Source of the DNA: Phaeosaccion multiseriatum
Taxonomy: Eukaryota; Protista; Ochrophyta, other classes
DNA length: 64,000 nt
Reading direction: 5' to 3'
NCBI GenBank assembly: GCA_965112735.1
Contig: OZ218952.1
Location: 1,178,001 to 1,242,000, forward strand
In this document: positions 25,340 through 38,300 of the stretch, piece after piece
Position numbering within the stretch: the stretch's first letter is position 1
How the letters are laid out: each line of letters begins with the position of its first letter
The notes under the pieces: generated by a model
The model's input: only the letters and a program-made list of their open reading frames with translations
Databases searched by the model: none
Told to the model about the DNA's origin: nothing
Translations under genes and position numbers: made by a program

Positions 25340-28300
25340 ACTTCTACTGCTGCTGGAGTGCGGCAGAGAGAAGGACAGGCAGCAGCCCCCAACGAGAAAT
25401 TGGAAGGCACGGGGGAGGCTGACAAGGACGTGGATGAGACGCGCGGGGTGGGGGCGGCGGAGGAAGAAGAGGACCTATCAGTGCTGGAGAGCGTAGTGGG
25501 AGGTTGGCTCACCCTGGACGAGACAGACGTCACCGTCTCTCTACAGAAGGGAAAGCTGCTGCTAGCCTGCAGTCCAGAGGTGCGTCGGGACATGTGTTAG
25601 CTCCATTGCTCCACCCACCACCACCACTGTCATCATCACCTCCTCCATCATCACCATCATCTCCACCGATGGAGTGGTGAGTGTTGCAGCGGAGCGGAGC
25701 TGAGCAGCACGAGATGGGGTGGGAAGATGTGTGAGCACTCATCACCCATCGAGAGAGGGCAGTGTCCTTATGTATCGCTCCCTCCCTCCCTCCCTCCCTC
25801 CCTCCTGCCCTCCCTCGTCTCCCCAGGAGTTCGACATACCCTCCGACAAGTCCCTGAGCCTCCGCATCAAGGGCCAGCGGCGGCGGCTGCTGAGATGCCT
25901 TGGACTGGAGGCTGCAGGGGGTCGGAGCGGCGTAGTGGGATCGGCTTACATGCCTGGGGCCACGAAGCTGGTGACGGATAAGGACTTCACTGCATCTTCG
26001 GCGTCGTCGTCAGCTCTTGCGAGCGACAATGTACGTATGTATGTATGTATGTATGTATGTATGTATGTATGTATGTATGTATGTATGTATGTATGTATGT
26101 ATGTATGTATGTATGTATGTATGTATGTATGTATGTATATTTGTATGTATGTGTATGTATGTATGTATGTATGTATGTATGTATGTATGTATGTATGCAT
26201 GCATGTTTGTCTGCATGTATGTATGTATGCATGTATGTATGGCGTATGTGTGTATGTATGCATGTATTTATATGTGTATGTATGTATGTATGTATGTATG
26301 TATGTATATGTGTGTGTTATGTATATGTATGTATTCTAAGCCACCTGAACGAAATCCCTTCTGTCCAACACCACCACCACCACCACCACAACACCACCTC
26401 AACACGACCACCACCGCAACAACCGCAGCAGCAGCAGCAGAGTGCCAGGCTGGCCAATCAGAAGCGGCGGCAGAAGCGTATGCGTGCATCGGGTAAGGTT
26501 CGGTCCCTCCCTACGTCGTCCTCGCTGTCTCTGTCGATGCCACAAGGTGGTGATGGAGCAGCAGGGGGGGAAGGAGCAGGAGGAGGAAGAGGAGGAAGAG
26601 GAGGAGGAGGAGGAGAAGAAGAAGACCAACCTGTCCGGGGTATGTGTGAGGAGCGCTGCAGAGAGAAGAGCAGAAGACTCACAATTGGCATCAGCAGCAG
26701 TAGTCATAGTCATATGGGCAGGCCGGATGGAGGAGGACAAGAAAACTCTACGGGCGGAGACGGAGATGGAGATGAAGATGGAAATGACGTCGGGTCGTTG
26801 AACGAGCTCTTTTTATTGCTGAGCTCCGACCTTGCCTTCCGCCTCGTGCACCCTCTGTGGCAGCAGAGGCATGGGGCGGCGCTAGGCTTGGTCGCGCTGC
26901 TCCGGGGGTGGAGGCTGGGCACGACGATGGCAGTGGATGGTGGCCGCACGGGGGGGGGGGGGGGGGAGCGGGACAAGGACAGGGACAAGCGACAGGCACG
27001 ATGGCAGGGCCTCGAGGTATGTGAGGTGCAGAGATTAGTGGCGAGATGGGAGAGGGGAGAGGGAAAAGGGGAGAGGCTGGGAGGGGAGAGGGGAGAGGGG
27101 AGAGGGGAGAAGGGAGAGGGGAGGGGAGAGTGGAGAGGGGAGAGTGGAGAGGGGAGAGTGGAGAGGGGAGAGGGGAGAGGGGAGAGTGGAGAGACTGGGA
27201 GGGGAGAGGCTGAGATGCGAGAGGCGAAAGGCTGAGAGGCCTCACCCCACAACCCTATCCTACTCCAACCCCTTGCCTGTCGTGTGTCGGGCAGGATGGG
27301 CCGAGGACATAGCGGCTCGCTGTCTGTGCGTGCTTGCTCTCGACCGCTTCGGAGACTACAGCGGAGGCCGAGGCGTCGTGGCCCCCGTCCGAGAGACGGC
27401 GGCACAGGCCTTGGGCCTTGCCTCTCTCGCTCTGCACCCGCCGGAGCTGGCGCTGGTGCTGCAGCGGCTGAGGGAGCTCTCCCTCCGAGAGGAGTGGGAG
27501 GTGCGGCAAGGAGGCATGCTTGGAGTCATGTACTGCGCTTCGTTGTTCAGGCTGCGGGATAAGAGAGGGGGGGAGGAGGAGAAGGAGGAAGGGGGCAGGG
27601 AGGAGGAGGAGGAGGGGGAGGGGGAGGGTCAGGGGGAGGAGGAGGAGGCTCCCGCTCCGGCGGCGGCTCAGCAACAGGCCGGAAGGGGCGGCCCTGCTGC
27701 TGCGGTATCACCAATCGCTGGGCTGCATGCGGTGTCCGTGGAGCTGTCGCTGAAGGGCCTCGCAGACTCAGAGGAGGATGTGTGCATAATCGCGGCCAAA
27801 ACGCTCTCACTACGCCTCAAGCAGAGGCATATGGGGAGGAGGGGGGACCCAGTGGGGGTGGGGGTTGTGGATCCCATGACTATGGAGGTGCTGCCTCACG
27901 CCCTTGCTGCCCTCAGAGACATTGATTTGGACCTTGCCCCTCCTCCCCCCCACTCGGCTGTATCACCAACACCAACTGTTGGTGCTGGTGTTGGTGTTGA
28001 TGTTGGTGCTGGTGCTGACCCTCTCCGCCCCTCGTCGGAGGAGGACCTGGCACCCCTTTCCCAGGACACTGGCACTTCCAACTGCACGGCAGAGCTGCTG
28101 AGCCTCATTGAGGCGTGCTGCTTGTCGGCCTCCGGTGTGCGGCGGCAGGGTGGCAGCAGAGGAGCAGACAGCAGCTTTTGGTGGTACAGCAGCAGCAGCA
28201 GTAGTAGTAGTTGGTGGTACAGTAGCGAGCCGCAGCAGTTGGTGGTACAGCGTCGACTTCTGAGTATGTGCCGGAGTTCGTTAGGTAAGCTTCAGAAGCT

Positions 28301-31300
28301 CTGGGCACACAGCGATTCTGTTGTACGCGCGCTTGTCCTCTCCATCTTCGCTCTTCTCGCGGAGGCCATGGCAGCAGCCGCACTTGATGGTACGGCAGGA
28401 AGGGGGGGATGGGATGAAGGTGAAGGTGCCTCTAAAGACAAGAAAGAAGAGCATGAGGAGGAAGAGGAGGAGGAGCTGGCACTTGGTACAGGGGAAGAAG
28501 GGTACGGTGACATGATTCGCGCCTTTCTTCGTCGGTTCTTCTGGAGTATGGCCTTTGACAGCAGCACCGGGCCGGGGGGTGTGCAGGAGAGGGCCAGGCA
28601 GCTGTGGCCCTTTCTGTTGCAGCGGCTGAGGTGAGTTGGTTGATTGAGTGGTGCATCGCCGCGAGGGGTGACGAGTTGAGGGGGAGGCAGGAGAGTGTAC
28701 AGAGGAGTGAGGAGTGTGGGAGGAGGAGCTGACCCCCCCCCCCCATCGTTTCATTCATTAACGCCTAGCTGACTGAAGGCAAAGCCGGAAGTGTTTTCTC
28801 ACCCCTCCCTTTCCCTCCCGTTCCCTCCCTCCCCTTCCTCCCCTCCCCCCCCCCAGAGCATTCATTTTGCACGACTCAGGTCCTGGCCACGTGTCGTTTT
28901 CCTTCACGTCGATGCTCTTCGTCCCGGACGGGCAGCGCTGCCCAGGCCCAGACGAGGATGACTTTTCACATTTTACAGGTAGCAACTGTGATGCTGCTGT
29001 ATCACTAACAGCTGCAGCTTATGACGATGGTGATATGGATCGGAACGAGCAGGGAGGGGCGGGAAGAAGCAGCGTACGCGGAGGGAGAAGGAGAAAGAGA
29101 CCCAGAGGAGGAGGAGGAGGAGGAGGAGGAGGAGGAGGAGGAGGAGGAGGAGGAGGAGGAGGAGGAGGAGGAGGAGGAGGAGGAGGAGGAGGAGGAGGAG
29201 GAGGAGGAGGAGGAGGAGGAGGAGGAGGAGGAGGAGGAGGAGGAGGAGGAGGAGGAGGAGGAGGAAGCAGAGCAGTTGGTGACACGGAGAGAGAAGAGAG
29301 GGCAGAAGGAGCTGCTGGGCGAGAAAGCGGAGGAGGAGGCGCGGAGCACGAGGGGGAGGAGTTGGAACACGCTCTTTCCCCAATGGGCCCCAAGTCACGA
29401 TTGGCGGCGGCCAAGGCCCTGGGCGTGTTCCTGCAGGGCGTGTGTTGTCGGCAGGGGGGACAGATGGCGACGACGACAACAGGGAGGAGGGGGAGAAGGA
29501 GGAGAGGGAGGGGGAGGAGGGGGAAGGATCCTGCTGGGAAAGAGAGGGAGGAAGACGAGGAGGATGAGGAGGGGCAGGAGGGGGAGGAGGTAGTAAAGGG
29601 GCAGGAGGATGTCGCAGCTGCAGCTGCAGTGGCGAGTGCGCTATTGTCTCTGTTGGAGGCACAGCTGAAGTCGGAATGGGCCTCGAGGCGAGAAGGAGCC
29701 CTCGCCGCTCTGGCTTGCTGTGCGAGGGGCCTTCGAGAGCAAGCAGCACAGCAAGCAGAGCGAGCAGGAGCAGCAGCTCCGGCCTTGGGCCTGACGAGGA
29801 ATGTTCTGCGATCGTTCCTTAACAGGATCAGGGCCTGTGTAACGGCAGCGCTGGCCACTCCGGAGATGACCCTGGAGGCCTCTCAAGTGTCGGATGCCTC
29901 CAGGAAGAATAATACAAACAGCGGCAGCAGCGGTGGCGGTGGCGGTGGCGGTAGCTGTGTGTGTGTACTGTTCAGGGAAGTGGCAGAGCTGGCTGCGAAG
30001 CTCGAGGGGGCGTGCGCGAAGATGCTTGATGCCGTGCTGGAGAGCGACGATGAAGACAGCGATAGTGGCAGTCGTGAGGGAGGAGGAGGGCAAGGGGAGA
30101 GAGCCAAGCAGCCCAAGGAGGGGGAGGAAGGTATGCTCGCTCGGGAGAGGAAGGGGCGGAGGAAGGGAGGGAGGGAGGGAGGGAGAGGTTGTCTGTGTGT
30201 GGTAAGTGCTCTGGAGCAGCAGCTCTTCTTTCTTCGTGCTTTCTTCTCTTCTCTCATCCTCCTTCTCCCCCTCCGCCTTTCTCCTCCTCCTCCTCCTCCT
30301 CCTCCTCCTTCTCCTCCTCCTCCTCCGCCTCCTCCTCCTCCTCCTCCTCCTCCTCCTCCTCCTCCTCCTCCTCCTCCTCCTCCTCCTCCTCCTCCTCCTC
30401 CTCGTCGTCGTCGTCCTCCTCCTCCTCGGGCGACACAATGCTGCTCGTCCCCTCTGCTGCCCTGCCCCGTCCATCCATCCAACCCCTTTACCCTTGGCGT
30501 TGTGGTTCTTCGTGCGCTCGCCATCTGTGATTGGCTGGGCCTGGCAGAGGCCGAGGGGTGGGCCTCCATCGTTGCTGCGTTTGGCTATGCAACTCCTCAG
30601 GGAGGGGGGTCTTCCTGTGGTGGGGCTCTGTTGGGTGGGAAGGGAGAGGGCAAGACTCTTCAGGGAGGCGCCATTCCGCAGGTGTTGTGTGCGTGCGTGT
30701 CACGGGCTTACATCCATCACTTACAAAGCCTTCCGCCGTTTCGTAGCGCACGGTCTCAATCCATCACCCACTCACTCACGGCCTTCCATCCCCTCCCTGA
30801 CCAACGGCCTCCCCTCCCATATGACTGTCAGGAGGTGTGGCAGGAGCGCATCACTGCCTTACGGCGCATGATGGCGAAGGAGGTGCAGGGCCTGAGGCAG
30901 AGGCTGCACGTGGCAGGCACTGACGCGCTGCTGGCAGTGGGAGACGAGGAGGAGGAGGAGGAGGAGGGTAAGGAGGATAAGGAGGAGGAGGAGGAGGAGG
31001 AGGAGGAGGAGGAGGAGAGGGGGGAGAAGGAGAGGGAGGGGGAGGAACAGCAGCAGCAGCAGCAGCGGCGGCGGCGGCAGCGGTTGCCCTTGAAGCAGGA
31101 GCATCATCATCCACCTGTGAATGCGCAGGCCCAGAGCCACAGTCAGGCGCTGAATCCTCTCCTTCGGCCCGTGATGGCACAGCTCAAGACCGAGGAGGAC
31201 CCGACAAGGAGGGGGTACACTGCAAGTGTCTGCGTCGAGGTGAGGAGGAGGAGGAGGAGGAGGAGGATATGAAGAAGAACAAGAACAAGGAGAACAGCAT

Positions 31301-34300
31301 TGTGTCTTCCGTCGCGCGGAGTGCGCCCACCCGCTACCACCCTCTCCCTCGACTCCTCTCTGCGCGCCTCCTCTCTCACCCTCTTCCGCTGGGGCCCCTC
31401 CTTCTCCTCCTTCGTCCTGCCCCTTCACCCTTGCCTCTGCTCCGTACATTTCCCCTGCCCTTGCCGTCCCCTCACCACACTACCTTATCACCCTTCCTTG
31501 ATACCCCCTCGTCGTCCCGCCTCAGCTGCTACGGGTGCTGGCAAGTGCCCCTCGGGACTCCCCCCGCCATCGCGCCGCCTCCAAGCTCCTCTCCAACCTC
31601 AACAACTTCCTTGTGGCAGGTGGGGTGGGGCCTTGCATAGGGCAGGGGCAGGGGCAGTCACATGGGCAGGGATAGGGGCATTGCATAGGGCAGGGGAAGG
31701 GCCTGCTCTGCTGATGTCGACTGAGCCTCCTCTCCCTCCCTCCCCTGCATGGGCTCGCTTCTTCCTCTTCCACTCTCCCTCCTGGTCTGGACTTACTTAT
31801 CTGTTTACGTAACCTAGGCAATCTGGCTCCTTCCGCTCCGTACCGCTGCACCAGTGCCAAACAAGTGTTCTCCATGCTGTGTCACGGATGGCAGCAAAGG
31901 GGGAGTGAGTCTTTGGGGCCACTGAGAGGGCTGTTGCTGGGGCGTCTCCAGGGATTATTGCAGCACAGGTTAGGCACGAGAGAGGGATATATATATATAG
32001 AGAGAGAGAAAATGTGTGTGTATGTGTGTGCGTACGCGTGAGTGAGAGAGAGACTGACAGACGGTCAGACAGACGGATAGGAGGGAAGTACCCTTTACTA
32101 AGCCTCTTCTGCCCCCCCCTCCTTTAAAAATCTTGCCCTCCATCTACTCTCCCAGGATCCCCTCCTCAAGAGTGGAGCATGAGGGCCACATGGGTATCGG
32201 CGGTGGCGTGTCTCCTCTCTCTCCGAAGGCACTGCTGTTGGAGGTGGAGCTGCTACTAGCCCTTCTACCGCGCCACAAACACACTGATGCTGCTGTATCA
32301 CCAACTGGTGCTGCGGCGGCGGTGACGGAGAAGGCGATAAATCTACTTCTCGATGAGACCAGTAGCTCGCTCGAGCCAGGCGAGGGAGGTGGACAGATGG
32401 CACGAGCGCTGGCAAGGGGCCTCCTACTGACTCTGGAAGGACATCTCTGTCTCTCTCAGACTGGTTCGGGGACAAGAGCATCAGCGGCGGCAGCAGCGGC
32501 TGGTGATATAGCGACTCCAGCAGCTTCAGTAATGAAAGAGAGGGGAGGAGGAGGAGGAGGAGGAGGAGGAGGAGGAGGAGGAGGAGGAGGAGGAGGAGGA
32601 GGAGGAGGGGGAGGGAGTGCACACTTGTGCGACGAAGGATGCGCCGAGCGGGGATGCTTGGAGGAGAAGCTCGTCACATGTGCCCTCAAGGCCCTCACGC
32701 GCTTAGCCGGGTAAGGATGGAAGCGGATGGGAAGGAGAGGGGAGGGAGGGAGGAGCGAGGATGAGGGATCTCTTTCGATTGATGGGAAGCCGTTGAGTCA
32801 AAGGCAGGCAGGAACTAACCCCTCCCGCCCTCCCCACCTACTGCCCTTCCCATCACACGCAGCCACAGCCCCAGCGCCGTGAGAGAGGCGCTCGTGAGCC
32901 TCACTCTGCCTGCTCTGGAGAGAGGGACTGTATCACCAACTGCTCCGGCTACGACAGGGCAGCAGGCACAGCACTTGGTGATACACGAACAGGAAGAACA
33001 GGAGATGGGGGCTGTGATTTCCGAGGCAGACATGGCCACTCACATGCGCAGGAGGCTGGCGAGGGCGGTGTGTGTGTGCGTGGAGGCGCTGGGGACGGAG
33101 GTGCTTCCTGTAGCGGCTGAGCTTCTCGCGATAGCCCTCCATGGTGAGGGAAGGGGAGGGAGGGAGGGAGGGAGGGACGGGGTAGGGGAAGGAGGGTAGA
33201 GGAGGGGGAGGGGAGGGAGGGGATGGAGGGTTACTTTTTGTGTCTTACGTGTATTTGCCGTTCTCCACTCCGGCATTTGCAGCCATTGGTCTTTCTTTCT
33301 TCCTTCCTCTCTTCCCTTTCTCACTCTCTTGTCCCCCCCCCCCTCTCTCTACTCTCACTCTCTTTCCTCTTTATATTGCTTCTAGGCACCACGGACCGAG
33401 ACGAAACGGTCCGGAGACATTTTGCGAAGGCCTTCAGCGAGCTCGTGCAGTGGGTGGCCCTGGCACCTGCCCCACTCGTATCACCAACTGCTGCTGCTGC
33501 TCCTTCCCGAGGTGGCCATTCCCAGAGCAGCAGCGGAGAGCTCATCATGCACCACCTCTTAGCAGGCAACCCACTGCAACGCCTCGGGCCATGGGACCTT
33601 CCTGCATCATTCCTCACGGCCCAGTGGGGGCAGGAGCAGCAGCAGCAGCAGAGGGAGGAGGAGGAGAAGAAGGAGAAGGAGGAGGGAGGCGCTGTTCCTC
33701 CTGCCACTCTGATGGGTGGGGTGTCCCTACGAGGCTACCAGTGGGAGGGTGTGACTTGGCTGGACTTCCTCCGACGGACAGGCACGCACGGCATCTTGTG
33801 TGATGACATGGGCCTCGGCAAGACCGTCATGGCGCTGCTCGCTGTGGCACTCTCCATCCATAGCGTAGTCGCCAAACGTGAGTATCAATCTATACACACA
33901 CAAACACACCCACCCCCCCACCCCGTACCCTTTCCAACCCACCCCACCCACTCCCCTCCCTCTCCCCTCCCCTCCCACCCACCCCTCCGACCTTCCCCAC
34001 CTCACCCCCCCACCCATGTACCAGGCTCCGACCCGTTGGAGCAGGGTGGAGCTGTGTTGAGTCCGTCTCTTGTGGTGTGCCCCCCCACCCTCGTTCACCA
34101 CTGGGGCCAGGAGATACACAGGTGAGTGGGTGCGTCAGGCAGGAAGTTTCAGTTTCAGTTTCAGATAACCAGATAACCCGCAATCAATGGCTCGCCCGAA
34201 AGTGGGGGCCCGCCAATCGATTTATGCGTCATGGATAGCCGAGCCCGAGGGGCAGGCCGCCAGTTTGACGAAGAAGGGAGGAGTGTCGCCGGACTTATGG

Positions 34301-37300
34301 ATCCAGGGCTCCTCACAGTTCAATAGACCTTAACCAACAATATCGATCCGCGAAAGTCGATATCATTACCCAAGTCGCATGTCTGAAGACTAAGGAGGAG
34401 ACTGAAGCTGAGCTGAAAGTAGCTGAAATGAGCGTTTGAAACTGCCCCCTCTCCCTCCCGCAGGTACTTTTCAGAGGGCGTCTTCCGGGTGCTGGTGCTG
34501 GCGGGCAGTCCCGCGGAGCGCGCAGGGCGGCTCCGAGCGCATCTTCAGCAGCAGTCGTATGGGCCGCACGTGATTGTGGTCACCTCCTACAACACACTGA
34601 GGAAGGACCTTCATGCCCTGGCTAGCAGGACGTGGCACTACGTCATCCTGGACGAGGCGCACGTGTTGAAGAACGCTTCCTCCCTCGCTGCAAGGGCCGT
34701 GTGCTCTCTTCACGCAAGGCACAGACTCGCTCTCACCGGCACCCCACTGCAGAACAGTGTTTCCGAGCTGTGGTCCATCTTCAGCTTCTGTATGCCCTCC
34801 TACCTCGGAGACAGGAAGCATTTCCTCCACACCTTCGCGAAGCCCATCGCCAAAGCCTTTGGAGCCTCCGCCTTTGCCTCCTCTGGCTCGAGTGGCTTCA
34901 GTCGTGGCCGTGTTGGGCATACAAGGGGCCGAAGGAGCGGCAGCGGTGGCGATGTGGCGGCACAGGGCTTCGCGGCGCTCGATGCTCTGCACAGACTGGT
35001 GCGTGAGTTTGAGTTTGTGGTGCGGTGGTGCGTTAGATGCCTCTACCCATACACCTCTCTCCCTTCCCCTACTACCTAACCAACCAACCAACCAACCAAC
35101 CAACCAATGTACCAACAAACCAACCAACCGACGAACCAACAAACCAGCCAAACCAACCAAACCAGCCAAACCAACCAAACCAACCAACCAACCAACCGAC
35201 CACCCAACCCCTCAGGTGCTGCCCTTCATCCTCCGGCGAGAGAAGAGCGAGGTACTGAAGGACCTCCCCCCCAAGATCATCACCGACATACCCTGCGACA
35301 TGTCCGCAGTACAGAGGCACCTGTACGACAAGCTCAGCCTGCAAACTGATCAAGGTGTGTTTGTCTCTTCCTTCCTCATCTTCCTTCGGTGCCCCTATCG
35401 TTTTCTTCCATCTCTCTTATCTTCTCGCCCCCCTGCACCACTAGTGACCACTGCTTGACAATTGCTTGACAACAACTGCTTGACAACAACATCTTGACAG
35501 ATGGCGGAGCACCAACGCTCCAAGGCCAAGGCGAAGGGTCTGCCGCTCCCAACGTGTCGCTCAACAGCTTCCGCCTCCTGCAGCTTCTCTGTGTGCACCC
35601 GGCTCTTATCAGTCCACCGTCAGCATCGATCCAGGCTATGAGCACTGGAGCAAGAGGAGGAGGAGGAGGAGGAGGAGCGGTTCGCGGGGCGAGGCTCGCG
35701 GCATCGGGCAAGTTGCTGGCCCTTCGGGACATCCTCCTTCAATGTGGGATCGGCGAGCAAGAGCAGGAGCAGGAGCAAGACCAGGACCAGGACCCGGACC
35801 AGGAGGACGAGGAGGAGGAAGAGGGGGAAGAAGGCATCACCTCTACTGCTGCTGTATCACCAACTGCTCACCGTGGACGGCGCAAGGTGCTCATCTTTGC
35901 GCAGCACCGGAGTGCCCTTGACGTGGTGGAGGAGTGCCTCTTTTGCGGCGGCGGTGGCAGTGGCGTGCAGGGGGAGGTCGCGCAGAAGGAGGAGCAGCAA
36001 CCACAGCAGTCTGCGAAACAGCAGCAGCAAGGCAAAGGGACCGACGGCGGAGCTATAAGGTCGAGGAAGCGACGTCGACAGGGAGCAGGCGGAGCGGGCG
36101 ATGAAGAAGAAGAAGGAGAAGAAGCTGCAGCAGCTGCAGGGTCTGCGGGTGGAGGCTCATCCTGCGGGGAAGCCCTGCCCTCGCATCCCTCCCCCTCTTC
36201 TCCGTCTCCCTCTCCCTTTTCCTCCTCTCGTGGTGGGCCCTTCAGAAGAGTACGGCATCTGCGAATGGACGGCAGCACCCCCCTGGGCAAGCGGGCGGCG
36301 CTGCTCAAGGCTTTCGAGGACCCTTCGCAGGGGATAGCGGTGCTCTTACTCACCACTCGGGTGGGCGGCTTGGTGAGTGAGGGCCGACAGAGAGGGACGT
36401 AGAGAGGGTCTTAGAGAAGGGGTTTGAGAGTATGCAGTACTGCTGTCCGTTAACCTTTCCGTTACCTCTTGTACGTGAGTAGTATTACGTTGCCCACCTC
36501 TTGGCAAGATGCGTTTGTGTGCCCTCTCACCATGACCCACCCACCCCCCCCCCTTCACCTCCCTCCTCGACCTTCTCGACCTCGCCCCCTCTTCCCTCCT
36601 CCTCTGTGTGTCTCTCTCCTCGGCACCCTGCGCTTCTCCATCCTTGGCAGGGGCTTAACCTCGCCATGGCGGACACGGCAATCTTCATTGAGCACGATTG
36701 GAACCCTCAGGCTGACCTACAGGCCATGGACCGGTAAGTCAGAGAGAGGGAGGGAGAGGGAGATAGATAGAGAGAGAGGGCGAATAGAGAAGGGCAGCGA
36801 GAGAGAGGGAGGGTGAGAGATAGAGAGGGAGACTAGAGAAGGGCAGCGAGAGAGAGGGAGAGAGATAGGTAGGACAGGCAAGGCACCGCATGACACACCC
36901 ACTTGGTATTGCTCCCTCCTCTCTCCTCTCTCTCTCCTCTCTCTTGCCTTTTCTCCTCTCCCCTCTCTCCCTAGTATCCACCGCCTGGGCCAGACCGCCT
37001 CGAGCGTGAACGTGTTCCGCCTGGTGATGCGCGACTCCATCGAAGAGCGAATCATGGCCACACAAAGGGCCAAGGTCGTGGTCACAGAGGCCGTCATCAA
37101 CCAGGTAGGGTGCACGTATCTAAGATTACGTGTGTACCTTACGTTTAAAGGGTTCTATATTTCTATGTGTGTGTGCCCATGACTGGCCTGCCTCCCCGTA
37201 TGCCTGCCCCTGCCCTACCCATACGCTTTTCACCGCCCCTCCCTGACGGCCTCTGACTCATACACCTTTTCGTGTGTCCTCCAGGAGAACGCAAGGCTCG

Positions 37301-38063
37301 CTTCCATGGACACGGCAGAGGTGCGCCCGGGGGGGTGGGGGGGTGGGGAGGGAGGAAGTGATGGTCAACCGCCTACTCTAAGTGGAAGTTGCAGGGATAG
37401 CGAGCCGTGGGGAGGGACGTACCTCAGGGGCCAAGGCTCCACTCTACACAAGTGCAGCACATGTTTCGCAGCCTAACCCATCTCGCTTCGTCTCTCACCC
37501 CTCCTTCTTCTTCTCTCTCTCTCTGTGCCTCTCGCTCTATCTCCCACCCCTCCTTGCTCATTGCTCGCATCTCTTCCTTTCCCTGTGTGTGCGTCTTCTC
37601 AAATCCCCCCCTCTCCCTCTTTCTTTCTCCCCCCTTCTCCCCCCCCCCCCTCCTTCCCCTCTCTCTGTTCCTCTCACTCTCTATCGCTCTCTCTCCCTTT
37701 CTTTCTCTCTCCCCCTCTCTACCCCTCGTTCCCTCCCCTCCCGCTCTCTCTCTTTCGCTCCCCCTCTTCTCTCTCCTCCCCCCCCCCCCTACTACCCCCC
37801 CTTCCTCCCCCTCTCCCTCTGTACTCATCTCTCTCTCTATGGGGTTTCAGGTGCTGGGGAAGTTTGATCTGTCGTCCGTCAGCAAAGCGCAAACTGCCTC
37901 TGCTACGGGGCAGCAACAACAGCAGCAGCAGCAGCTCGAGCAGGGGGGGGGAGACGACGAAGAGGGGGGCTACCACGTGATGGCCGGCAAGGAAGATCTG
38001 GCGTGGAGGGAGTCTGACTACGACTATCTGAACGCAGAGGCTTTTGTGCAGATGGTCACCTAA
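24581..38063 (+). CDS. BTAF1: TBP-associated SNF2 ATPase BTAF1/Mot1, many exons, with low-complexity insertions
   Basis: LALDRFGDY...VAPVRETAAQALG; WEVRQGGMLG; LRGYQWEGVTWL...GILCDDMGLGKT; DEAH; LTGTPLQN; VLPFILRREKSEVLKDLPPKII; LLLTTRVGGLGLNL...[21 protein letters not shown]. Confidence 0.95.
26031..26332. repeat. (GTAT)n microsatellite filling a BTAF1 intron
   Basis: Directly visible. Confidence 0.95.
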
Positions 38064-38064
38064 G

Positions 38065-38300
38065 GCCTTCAAGCCGTCAAGCCTTCAAGCCTTCAAGCCT
38101 TCAAGCCCCCATCCCCCGGCGGCGGGTCATGTACATATCGTCGCGGCTCTATTGCGAGCGGGCTGCGACCTTGATGCTCGCGGCACAGCACCCCAGCTGG
38201 ACCAGTGTGGTGTCGGTAAGACGGCTGCGGAGCTGTCGCAAGATGAAGGCTACCCCGAGATTGCTAAGCTCATCCGGGAAACGGCTGCCAACAGAGCCGA
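38065..38300 (+). pseudogene. Ankyrin-repeat fragment preceded by 5 copies of GCCTTCAA, immediately after the BTAF1 stop
   Basis: AAGHVHIVAALLRAGCDLDARG...GKTAAELSQDEGYPEIAKLI. No own start codon. Tandem 8-mer at 38065-38107. Confidence 0.6.

Noticed and set aside
26017-27235. Long ORFs such as MYVCMYVC..., PPSLPPSL..., IYLSIYLS..., REGGREGG...
   Set aside because: They are translations of stop-free intronic microsatellites, not genes.
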